A stretch of 12,468 bases of DNA from Octopus sinensis (GCF_006345805.1 NW_021826592.1:1-12468); one strand, 5' to 3'. Counted from the stretch's first letter, positions 1 to 9,715 are shown. The notes: generated by a model from the sequence alone, not told the origin. A program made the numbers and translations.

Positions 1-98
1 ACGGCGTTCACCACCAGGTCGCGATTAAGTGAAGGCCTCTTTGCAAACATATATAAGTTTTCCTAATGGCGTCTCCACTGATGTCGAAAATCGAACAG
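1..98 (-). repeat. Inverted copy of the host repeat unit that spans the uninterrupted (empty) insertion site
   Basis: 12-98 is the near-exact reverse complement of 220-307. The reverse complement of 1-17 (ctggtggtgaacgccgt) continues into the sequence found after the right TSD (ctggtggttaccgcccgt, 5834-5851). Confidence 0.9.
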
Positions 99-307
99 GG
101 CTATAAAGCTACAGTAACACCCCCTCCCCAATGTGGTTAGCCATGATAAGATGGCTTCTATACTTTACATTATCGAGCGATTACTGTTTCAATCTCATTC
201 TGAGATTTAATTATGCTTACTGTTCGTTTTTCGACATCAGTGGCAGACGCCATTAGAAAAACTTATATATGTTTGCAAAGAGCCTTCACTTTCATCGCGA
301 CCTGGTG
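98..307 (+). mobile_element. Left part of a ~356-bp HHR-bearing non-autonomous repeat (PLE pLTR or retrozyme-like), split by the Tx1 insertion
   Basis: 98-166 recurs identically at 5986-6054. Removing the retrotransposon and one TSD joins 98-307 to 5840-5985, giving a 356-bp unit followed by a 69-bp restart. The family assignment is inferred from the HHR and the inverted plus partial-tandem layout. Confidence 0.6.
290..307 (+). repeat. Left target-site duplication (tttcatcgcgacctggtg, 18 bp)
   Basis: An identical 18-mer lies at 5822-5839, directly after aataaagaaaa. Confidence 0.93.
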
Positions 308-559
308 TTTTTTGAATTTTTCCTCGGCGTATACCAATATTTTTCTGTTGCTGCAAATCGTTGTGTGAGTTCGTTTCCGTTTGTCTACTCTGTCGTGTTA
401 CAAGTAATATCATTGTTGAACTGTTTTTGACCCAGTAATTTTCGCCCCTCGGGGTAGAAAATTTCTGTGTGCTGTTTTGTGTGAACTCTTAACCTGTATA
501 GGTTATTTTTGGAAAAAAAAAATTCTCTTGTCATTTGTGACAAGTTTGTGTTGTCTAAT

Positions 560-2072
560 ATGGAATTAGACTTAAGTTCAAAAAAAGACTTTCCCGAGAT
601 GGGAGAAAGTATAACAACTGTTAAACAAAAGGAAACACAGACAAAACCCAGTTTTTCAGACGCCGTAGGTGGCGAAGTCGAAGAAATGGAGGTATCAATG
701 GAAAGATTATTCAAGTTTAGATCGCTGGTGCAAAAAAGTGGCGAAGAAACACGATTGGTACCGCCCCCCGAAACTATACAAGCAATAAAGGAAAAAATGG
801 TCACCTACAGGGTGTACAATATCAAGGAAAAACGAATGACCGACGTGAAAAACGAAATGGTCGAAAAGTGTATGGCTCCAATATGGAGTAAAGTTAGTCA
901 TGTCAACCGAGGTGCAAGAAGCGCTACACAGTGGAGGCGCATTTTGAAACGGCGGAAGTAGCAAGGCAAATTTCGACACAAACGTTGAAAAACGAGAGTA
1001 TAATACTGCTACCCTTATATTTAGGATGCAGAACCGCAAAAGTGACCCTAGAAGATATACCAACGGGCTACGACGTGATGTGGGCGGCAACAGCGGTCAT
1101 TTTTGATGTTGAATCAAAATTGACAATTTTAGTATGAAGAGAAAAATTGCAAAACACTGGAGAGGCCAGCAGCTGGAGATGATAATCCAGGCGGAAAATG
1201 CGACGTTGGAAAGCCTACCAGACAGAGTCTTCGTGGGGGAGGGGCACTCCATACGAGTTTCGGTGGAAGGACGCAGGCCCAGATGTTTTAAGTGCGGGCA
1301 AAAGGGCCACGTTCGCTCCGTTTGCACAAAAAAAAATAATGCGGGCAACGCCCCCCCACAAAACGCTGTGAAGAACGCAGAAAGCAGCAAAGTGGAGAAA
1401 AAAGTAACGGCTGGCGAAAACAAGGAGGAAAAAATAAACAGGTCGAACTCCAAAAAGGAGGAAGACAAGAACGAAATGCAAAATGAGAAAGGAAAGGATG
1501 AGGAAAATAATGCAACAAAAACAAATAAACAAGAAGACATGGAATTTACGAACGTGTCCAACAAAAGGAAAAAATCCATCACCCCTGACTCCCCACCCGT
1601 ATCAAAAAAAAAAACAACGCAGACGAACAAATTAAAATATTCTCCAATCCCACCCCGGCGGTACTACACTTATAGGCCAGCACTTTAACAAACCCCACCC
1701 CCCAACTGTAAAAGGGTTTAAACCCAACGAAAAATTATTGCATACACCACAAAGAACGTGAGAGTAGAAACATGGGTGAAAGCAAGTACGCTGATCAGGT
1801 GCTACAAAGCGACCGAGAAGGAAGCGGAGTGGCGATATGGAAGGGTCGGCGAAGAAGGATGGAAAGACAAAACCTTACAAAGCCACGTAAAAGCCGGCTT
1901 CATTAAGGATGTCACCCAGGAGGTGACAACTGGGAATTACCCGTTAGCCCGCAGCCACACCAACCCAGAGCCCGGTGGCAACGCCGGTGAAACACCCAGC
2001 AGCAACGGCGAGTGGGGGGGAGACAGGCAGAAAGAATCTGTCAGGCTCCCTCTCGCAACCGTGAGTAAATAA
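560..2072 (+). pseudogene. ORF1, gag-like nucleic-acid-binding protein with a CX2CX4HX4C zinc knuckle; frameshifted as given
   Basis: ATG at 560. Consecutive ORF fragments 509-961, 931-1137, 1134-1688 and 1758-2072. CFKCGQKGHVRSVC at 1284-1325 is followed by a K/E/N-rich region. The last stop lies 15 bp before the ORF2 ATG. Continuity across 1688-1758 is uncertain. Confidence 0.8.
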
Positions 2073-2087
2073 TTTTCTTTTTTCTCG

Positions 2088-5000
2088 ATGATTAAGTTAG
2101 GTTGTATAAATGTGCGTGGAATGGGATCGAAATGGAAACAGGCTTGTTTTCGTGACGACCTCATTTCACATAGAATCGAAGTAGCTATTGTTACCGAGTC
2201 CAAGATGAAGGGACCCCAAGCGTTCTCACCACTTCTCAATGGTTACGAGAAATTTATTTCTCCTAGCCGAGGGGGAGGTGCAGGCGTGGCAGTTCTTTTC
2301 AGGAAGAACTTGGACTTACAGGTAAGTACTGTCTTTTTGGACCCAGAAGGTAGGCTGGTTGTCCTAGATGTGACGCACGTGAGTAAGCAGTCCTTCAGGT
2401 TGGTGGCTGTCTACGCTCCTAACGGACGTGGGCAGACCGGTTTTTATCGGGAACTGGAGCACTTTCTAGTGACGTCCAAAACGGTAGTCTTGGTAGGGGA
2501 TTTCAACACCATTCTCGATGCGCGGGTGGATGGTGTAGGCTCGAGCGATAGGAAGGGGAATCCTGGCCTCAAGGCTCTACTAGCGAGCTTTAATCTAGTA
2601 GACCGTTTTCGACTGGATGAGCCGAACGTTCCACAGTGGACGTGGAGTAATAACGACGGCTCACTCAGATCGTACATAGATAGAGTATTTGTTAAGGAAC
2701 GAGATAGGAATAGTGTTAGCTGTCCACAATTCTCTGTTGTGCCTTACACGGATCACAAACTTGTAACGTGTGAGGTACATGTAGATAAATGCCATAGACA
2801 AGGTCCCGGGTACTGGAAGATGAACAAGTCTATTTTGACCTGTGAAGCTTTCCGTACCCGGATTAAGGAATTAGTACAGAGGGCATTATGTGGCACCATC
2901 ATTAATAATAGATGGTGGCTCGCCCTCAAAAGAGCCATCCGTTTGGAGTCCATTAGATTTAGCAAGCAGCTAAGTTTAGATAGGACTAGAATAGAGGGCG
3001 AATTAGTTAAGAACTTAGACGAGGCTATGGAATCTGGCTGTGCATCCGGAGTGTTGGCAGCGAGAGCGGTATTGTACCGTCACCTCAACGCCAAGCACGA
3101 GGGGTGTAGAGTCAGAGCTAAGTTACGTGCAGGAAAACGAGAAGGTATTAACGTTGCCGGATGGGCCCGTCGTGAGGAGAGTCAGAAGGGCAAAAAGTCC
3201 TGTATTATGTCCTTAACTGACGAGCAGGACCGCAAGATCTATGGACAGGAGGAGATGCAGAAGGTCCTTCACCAGCATTTCGCACGGCTGTTTGGGGGCG
3301 GTGGCCCGCTCGAGCGTGGGGAGACCTTAAAGGACTTCCTAGCTGGTGGGCCTCGGCTCTCGGCAGGTGAGGCGGAGTGCTGTGAAGGATCGATCTCTCC
3401 CGCAGAGGTAAGAGGGGTTATGGCCGAGTGCGCCGGGGAAAAGTCACCGGGATTGGATGGTCTACCCTATGAATTTTATTGTTGTATGCCGGACTTGTTC
3501 GGGGACATACTGGCAAGCGTCTATGCAAACTGGCAACAGAATGGGAGGATTCCCAGCTCTGTGAGTCGGGGAGTTGTGACGCTGGTCCAGAAAGACCCGA
3601 GCAAGGGGACAGTATTAGTAATTACAGGCCCATAACTCTACTTAATGTAGAGTTTAAGATTTTGGCCAAGGTGTTAGCAAAAAGGTTGACGGCTGTCGTG
3701 AAGAAACTTGTCGGGAAGGCACAGACATGTGCAATCCCAGGCAGGTCGATCCAGGATAATCTTCACCTTCTCCGCTACACTATAGATAGGGTCGGGAAAT
3801 TAGACGGCAAAGGAGGGGCATTGGTCCATTTAGACCAAAGTAAAGCGTTTGATAGGGTGACCATCGGTACTTGGCGGCGGTTCTCGAAGCGGCTGGGCTG
3901 GGCCCTGGCTTCTGCGGGTGGATCTCAGCTATGTACAGCGGCATCAAGTCCACAGTCCAGATAAACGGTTACCTAACGGAGCCGTTTTCGATCAAGCGTT
4001 CAGTTCGACAAGGGTGCCCCTTGTCCCCGCTCCTGTATGTTTTGGCTCTTGAGCCATTGCTGCGGAAGCTGGAGAAGTTGGGAGGCAACCCTAATGAATC
4101 GATCGATGCGGTAAGTCTGTTTCTGCCTATGCGGATGACGTCACCCTCATCGTGTCCAACGGAACACAGCTACCTCGGGTAGTAGGTGCTCTCCATAGAT
4201 ACGAAGCGGTGGCAGGGGCAAAAGTTAACAGGGACAAGTCCATCGGTTTGCGCCTCGGCACCTGGAGGAACAAGCAGATACCGTCCAGTGTTGTTGGACA
4301 CTGGACGGATGGTCCTGTTAAATTGCTCGGAGTATGGTTTGGTCCAGACTCCCAGACGGAGAAGAATTGGAGCGAGGTAACGAGCAAGGTGGATGCCATA
4401 GTACGGAAGTGGTCCGGAAGGCATCTTTCCTTGAAAGGGAGGGCGGAGGTGGCACAGATGTTTATAGCCTCTGTCGTCACCTACCGCCTGACCGTCGTGC
4501 CTTGCCCCGATTCGTGGTTAAACAAGTTGGAACGACTTCTTTTCCGCTTTTTGTGGAAAGGAGGAAAGCCACTTGTGAGACGCTCCGTGTGTTGCCAGGA
4601 ACCGCTAAAGGGTGGACTGGGGATGCCTTGGCTAATGATGCGCAAGCATGCGTTGAGGCTGAGACACCTCTGGTGTTACCTGGAGGATGATAAGGTGTGG
4701 AGTTCGCTGGCAGAGGAATTCTTCCCGCGACCGGCCTCTATGGAGGGATTTACACCCGGTCTCATTAAAGGACGTAAACTGACTTCATGGCAGAAGGAGT
4801 GCCGACAGGCACTCTGGCTGATCCACAAGATGGGTAAGGCCGGCAGCGGGAATACCACCTCGGTGTTCTATAAAGGGCTGGTAGGAGGAAAAAATGACGA
4901 CGTCCTAGGAAGGGCTCTGGGGTTCGATGAGGATCAACTCTCCAACCTGTTTAAGAAGACTTTCAGGCCGGGGTATTTGGATAATTACCAAAAATCCCTG

Positions 5001-5474
5001 ACCTGGCAGTGCTATAGGAATGCATTACCTGTTCGCGAGAAGTTATCCAGGCACGGAATGTCAGTGCCACCGACGTGTCCAAGATGTGGGTTGGACGATG
5101 AAACCGTTCAACACGCTTTGTACAATGTCGGGAGCTGTCAGGCTTGATAAGTTACGTGGAACACGTGTTGTCGCATCTGGGACGAGTACAGCTGTCGGCT
5201 GGATCTATGATTAAGATGATACCGCCAACTGGACTCTCAAAGGAAGGTAAGGCTTGTTTTTACTGTACGGTGGCAGTATTGAAAGAGTGTGTATGGAGAA
5301 CTAGAGTGGAAGGTCTAGTGAAAGGGTCCTTTATCTCTGGCCCCGGTTTGTTAAAATACTTCGGATATCATCTGAAGAGCAAGATGGGGTTGGAGAAGAG
5401 GAGCCTGCCACAGAAAGTATATGGAACGTTGGAAGGATGTGATGAGAAAGGTGGGTGAGAGTAACCCAGCTTAA
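2088..5474 (+). pseudogene. ORF2 polyprotein: AP-like endonuclease, reverse transcriptase and C-terminal zinc-binding domain; frameshifted as given
   Basis: APE motifs INVRG, VTES, VYAP, GDFN, IDRVF and TDH. RT motifs KSPGLDGLPYEFY, NYRPITLLN, DQSKAFDRV, RQGCPLSP, YADD (4128-4139) and KLLGV. C-terminal CPRC..ETVQH. Frameshifts near 3608, 3858, 4100 and 5120. It ends at 5458, or at 5474 if a further shift restores ...YMERWKDV. Confidence 0.92.
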
Positions 5475-5639
5475 TCATCGAGGAAAGGAATCGGCTGCTG
5501 GGATTTATAGGCTGCCGGGTTCAAAATTGAAACTGGTACCTCCCATTACCTTTCACTGTACATAACTGTTTAAAATAAAGAATTAATAATAAAAAAAAGA
5601 AAAGAAAAGAAAACATACGCACTAAAAGTTCTCGTGATA

Positions 5640-5698
5640 AAGGCAAAAGTAAGCCAAGGTTTCGTTTCAAGGCAAAGTAAGCCAAGTTTTCGTTCAAG
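5640..5698 (+). repeat. Imperfect ~28-bp tandem duplication in the 3' UTR
   Basis: aaggcaaaagtaagccaaggtttcgtttc (5640-5668) is followed by aaggcaaagtaagccaagttttcgttc (5669-5695). Confidence 0.85.
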
Positions 5699-5810
5699 TG
5701 ACATAAAATTTTAATTTTGTAATTTTTTAAATTTCATTCGAACTCGCATAGCATTTTTGTAACTGTTTTGTCCTGTAATGTATCCATTCTATGTTAGATC
5801 TATTGATCAT

Positions 5811-5821
5811 AATAAAGAAAA
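5811..5821 (+). terminator. Polyadenylation signal and short A-tail of the retrotransposon
   Basis: aataaagaaaa lies immediately before the right TSD. Confidence 0.75.
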
Positions 5822-5839
5822 TTTCATCGCGACCTGGTG
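5822..5839 (+). repeat. Right target-site duplication
   Basis: Identical to 290-307. Confidence 0.93.
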
Positions 5840-6054
5840 GTTACCGCCCGTTGACGAGGGACAACAAACCCGAAACTAGTTCGAGCGTATCACTCAGGCT
5901 TGCGAGGAAGGGATGGCCTCCCTTTGCAATTACTCCAAGGACACTGATATTGTGTCTAAAGCCAGCTAGAAACGAAGATCTCTTGGGGCTATAAAGCTAC
6001 AGTAACACCCCCTCCCCAATGTGGTTAGCCATGATAAGATGGCTTCTATACTTT
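5840..6054 (+). mobile_element. Right part of the ~356-bp HHR-bearing repeat plus a 69-bp partial second unit
   Basis: It continues the empty-site sequence seen inverted at 1-17, and 5986-6054 equals 98-166. Confidence 0.6.
5842..5889 (+). ncRNA. Minimal type I hammerhead ribozyme motif (U3 variant, GUU triplet)
   Basis: Stem I cgcccg/cgagcg (one mismatch), core TTGACGA at 5851-5857, stem II ggg-acaacaaa-ccc, GAAAC at 5872-5876, palindromic stem III region aactagtt, predicted cleavage after 5881. Confidence 0.65.
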
Positions 6055-7735
6055 TGAAGACTGAGGGGTTCGAATGTCCTGTCCATGTTTATTGTATCGT
6101 CTTCTATGAGTTATACGTTCTTGCATGTTGTATTTTTCTACATACCTTAACATATATTCAGGCGCCCCGTACCCCCTTTATCATTAATGTGAACACATAT
6201 CTTAATAATTGGTACGACTCTCTGTTGTCTCTCTCTCTTCATTCTACTTTTCTCTTTCATCTTCTCTTGCCTCTGATCTTTGGTCTAGTCTTCCACTACC
6301 CTCCTATTCTTTGTCTCGCTCTGCACTCACAGGTCTCTTTCGACCCCATCCCACTCCTCTCTGTTCCTTTTCTTCTCCTCTGATTCTTCTTTCTCTCTTC
6401 CTCTCTTGTGCGTGTGTCCCTTTTCTCTCTCTCTCTTCCTTGCTTCTCTTTCTTTTCTTTCCCTCTTCTCTGTCACGTGACTGTTGGCCGAAATCTGCCT
6501 TTCAGCTCCTGACCCTCGTCGTGTTGACATCGTTGTTCTTCGTCCGCCGCTATAAAGGCTTTTTCAATGCGCCAGAGAAAAAATTTGTTTGCTTGTTATC
6601 AGTCGTAAGGACTTGTTGTTTTCACCGTTAATGCTTCTGTATTTCTTGTTTCTGTATTCCATTAGTGTTTTTTGTTTTTATATCTGTCCCTTTTGCTGTC
6701 CTGGTGTTCGTATGCATTCGATCCTTCTTCCAGGAAATCTACGCTTCCAGCTTAGTTTTTCTTGGAGGGCTGGCCGTGATCTAGTAATCTCAAGATTAAT
6801 CAGCCGAAATTACTACGATGATCCGGTTCTTGACTGAAGACTGAGGGGTTCGAATGTCCTGTCCATGTTTATTGTATCGTCTTCTATGAGTTATACGTTC
6901 TTGTCCATGTTGTATTTTTCTACATACCTTAACATATATTCCAGGCGCCCCGTACCCCCTTTATCATTAATGTGAACACATATTCTTAATAATTGGTACG
7001 ACTCTCTCTGTTTGTCTCTCTCTCTCTCTCATTTCTACTTTCTCTCTATTCATCTTCTCTTGCCTCTGATCCTTTGTCTAGTCTTCCACTACCCTCCTAT
7101 TTCTTTGTCTCGCTCTGCACTCACAGGTCATTCTTCGACACCCATCCCTTCTCCTCTCTGATTCCTTCTTTCTCTCTCTTCTCTCTCTTTGTTGCGTTTT
7201 GTCCCCCTTTTCTCTCTCTCTCTCTCCTTTTCTCTTGCTTCTTTCTTTTCTTTTTCTTTTCCCTCTTCTCTGTCACGTGACTGTTGCCGAAATCTGCCTT
7301 TCAGCTCCTGACCCTCGTCGTGTTAACATCGTTTTTCTTCGTCCGCCGCTATAAAGGCTTTTTCCAATGCACCAGAAAAAATTTGTTTGCTTGTTATCAG
7401 TCGTAAGACACTTGTTGTTTTCACAATGCGTTAATGCTTCTGTATTTCTTGTTCTGTATTCCATTATTGTTTTTTGTTTTTTTATATCTGTCCCTTTTGC
7501 TGTCCTGGTGTTCGTATGCATTCGATCCTTCTTCCAGGAATCTACGCTTCCAGCTTAGTTTTTCTTGGAGGGCTGGCCGTGATCTAGTAATCTCAAGATT
7601 AATCAGCCGAAATTACTACGATGATCCGGTTCTTGACTGAAGACTGAGGGGTTCGAATGTCCTGTCCATGTTTATTGTATCGTCTTCTATGAGTTATACG
7701 TTCTTGTCCATGTTGTATTTTTCTACATACCTTAA
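6055..7735. repeat. Tandem repeat of ~780-803-bp units (two full copies plus a 98-bp partial copy) with a CT-rich core
   Basis: tgaagactgaggggttcgaatgtcc starts at 6055, 6835 and 7638. The last copy runs into (TA)n at ~7735. Confidence 0.93.
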
Positions 7736-7822
7736 TATATATATATATTAATATATATATATATATATAATATATATATATATAATATATATATATATAC
7801 ATACATTAATAAATACATACAT
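7734..7822. repeat. (TA)n/(TACA)n microsatellite
   Basis: Seen directly in the sequence. Confidence 0.95.
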
Positions 7823-7883
7823 ATTATGCTTGACTGCTAAATCTACAGGTTTTTCATTCTCTCTCTGTTTCTTTCTCTTATTC

Positions 7884-7918
7884 CTTTCTGTTGAGAGCGT
7901 AGACTCGATACGTAAAAG
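7884..7918 (+). ncRNA. Degenerate minimal hammerhead motif
   Basis: cttt-CTGTTGA-gag(cgtaga)ctc-GATAC-GTA-aaag. Stems I and II pair correctly, but the core has two substitutions relative to CUGANGA and GAAA. Confidence 0.45.
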
Positions 7919-8013
7919 AGTTTTTCATTTTTCATTGTCCTGTGCGTCGAACTAATACACCTGTTTGTTGTTCATACACCTTGTCTTCGTCTTTTGTTTT
8001 TCTATAAATTTCG

Positions 8014-8045
<32 letters not shown>

Positions 8046-8071
8046 CCCTCTCTTCTCTCTCTCTCTCTCTG

Positions 8072-8142
<71 letters not shown>
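8014..8142. repeat. Compound (CT)n-(TA)n microsatellite
   Basis: Seen directly in the sequence. Confidence 0.95.
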
Positions 8143-8144
<2 letters not shown>

Positions 8145-8540
8145 TACAGTTAAGTTGAAACATGTGATACGGAGAAGTGCACAATTGACGACAAAGCATT
8201 TGTGGAGTAAATGAAGGGCTATTTCGATTAAGTGACATGTCTTGCGTCTGTTTGGAAGATTCCAGGCCCTAATCTTGTCGTGGAAAAGTGAGTGGAGGAT
8301 ATGTGATTCTTGAACGCACCAAAAAGCTGTCAGTGGATATGATTTCTTTTGCGGTTGTCGTCGCTGCCGCTACAACGCTGAACAATCATGAGACATAGGA
8401 ACTACATCTATGTGACAAATTAAGCCTGAGGGCGCGCTCAACAGTACCACACGAGAGAAATCTACATGAAAGAAATGACGAGGTAAGGCGGGGGATTGAC
8501 AAAGAAGCGCTTGAAAACAACACTGCCATGCGATATTTCG

Positions 8541-8949
8541 GTTGTGAGTACAACTCAGCTCCCAAACGAAAACAATTCTGCATGCAGCATTGGGGTACGC
8601 GAGGTCACACTACGAAAGGATGAAAGTCAAAGTCGACCTCGGCGGAATTTGAACTCAGAACGTAACGGCAGACGAAATACCGTTAGACATTTCGCCCGGC
8701 GTGCTAACGCGTCTGCCAGCTCGCCGCCTTCGATGCCTGGAATATTGAAGTTTCCATTTATCGAGCAACACACAGAGTCTCTAACAAGAGTGGTTGGGTC
8801 ACGTAATGGTGGATTGCTGACGTGGTTGGGGATCAATAATCGTGGCTCAACTGTGCACTCCGCGTAAACTGCGTGCGACCGCTGTGAAGGATACTCAGCT
8901 CCTGAACGAAAACAATTCTGCATGCAGCGACCGGGGGCGCAAGGTCACA
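8541..8949 (+). repeat. Diverged ~69-bp direct repeat pair (8541-8609 and 8881-8949), 340 bp apart
   Basis: Shared actcagctcc..aacgaaaacaattctgcatgcagc...ggtcaca. Confidence 0.85.
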
Positions 8950-9394
8950 TTAAGGACATGGTCTCTAACTAACGTGGTTGGGTCTTAGACACAATAAATT
9001 AGTAGGTTAATGTACATATGATATTTTGTTTTGTAATCAATAGCTGAAGAATATTTGCATGGACTTTGTCTATGCTTAGACGGAAGACTTTGATACTGAA
9101 GCTAAAAGAAAATAGTTGAATAATTGCTCAGGATTTAATATATTTTAGTATATTTTTCATAATAAACAAAGTGCATTCCAAACGGTTTTTATTCCAACAA
9201 ATTTCTGCCTATGGTATTACGGGAACAGGATATTATTGCTACCACTTAGACAAGGCAGTTTGAAGTCTACATCAGTTCATCCATTTAATACAACCTACTT
9301 ATATCATTTCAGTAGCTGCTTTTGCCAGTTTGAACAGAAGCAATGTGTGGAACATGCGGTAGTCGAACGTATCTCAGGAAATAGGGTATTCTGC

Positions 9395-9516
9395 CCCAAA
9401 AGGCCCCATTACTCATTATGTGAAAATTTTCAAGAGTTTAAAACCATCTCTGGAACGTAAGGAATGCATGTTCCCAGTTTGGAGAAAATCAGTTGCGAAC
9501 TTCTGAAGTTCTGCGG

Positions 9517-9552
<36 letters not shown>

Positions 9553-9603
9553 CACACACACACACAAACTCACACAAACTCCTCAGTTTTATACATATAG
9601 ATA
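9395..9603 (+). mobile_element. Possible 3' end of a non-autonomous Helitron/Helentron-type element
   Basis: The layout ccagtttggagaaaatcagttg..., then an (AC)n tract, then ttttatacatatagat resembles DINE-1/HINE-like ends. This is resemblance only, and no 5' end was found. Confidence 0.25.
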
Positions 9604-9642
9604 TACATGTATGCATTTATGTATGTGAGTGTGTGTGTGCAT

Positions 9643-9691
<49 letters not shown>
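9521..9691. repeat. (AC)n (9521-9566) and (TAG)n (9643-9691) microsatellites
   Basis: Seen directly in the sequence. Confidence 0.95.
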
Positions 9692-9715
9692 CTATTGAAG
9701 CTGAAATGACTTCAC

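Larger units (their letters stand above)
308..5821 (+). mobile_element. Full-length non-LTR retrotransposon, L1/Tx1 clade
   Basis: 5' UTR, CCHC ORF1, ORF2 with APE endonuclease, RT and C-terminal cysteine motif, 3' UTR ending in AATAAA plus a short A run, all bounded by an 18-bp TSD. The GPGYWKMN, VRQGCPLSPLLY, YADD and GGLG motifs are typical of L1/Tx1 ORF2. Confidence 0.93.

Noticed and set aside
78-96. ctgatgtcgaaaatcgaac as a hammerhead core
   Set aside because: It reads CTGATGT rather than CTGANGA, and there is no stem II or correctly placed GAAA...UH.
385-5214. Minus-strand and alternative-frame ORFs overlapping the retrotransposon
   Set aside because: They are shadows of ORF1 and ORF2 with no recognisable motifs.
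6834-6864. ctgaaga...cgaatgtc at the tandem-unit junction as a hammerhead
   Set aside because: No pairing stem II, GAAT instead of GAAA, and no stem I complement.
5640-7735. CRISPR array or LTR pair
   Set aside because: No repeat-spacer periodicity. The repeats are head-to-tail, with no evident TG...CA LTR ends, primer-binding site or internal gag-pol.
5791-8153. Short L/S/F-rich and Y/I-rich ORFs
   Set aside because: They are translations of CT-rich and TA repeats, and the reading frames are not conserved between the tandem copies.
8386-8923. ORFs 8496-8867(+), 8386-8583(-) and 8627-8923(-) as genes
   Set aside because: No recognisable domain. The shared MQNCFR start only reflects the DNA direct repeat.
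8144-9015. gtacagttaa / ttaatgtac as terminal inverted repeats of a DNA transposon
   Set aside because: Only ~9 bp with a gap and no extension, which is compatible with chance.
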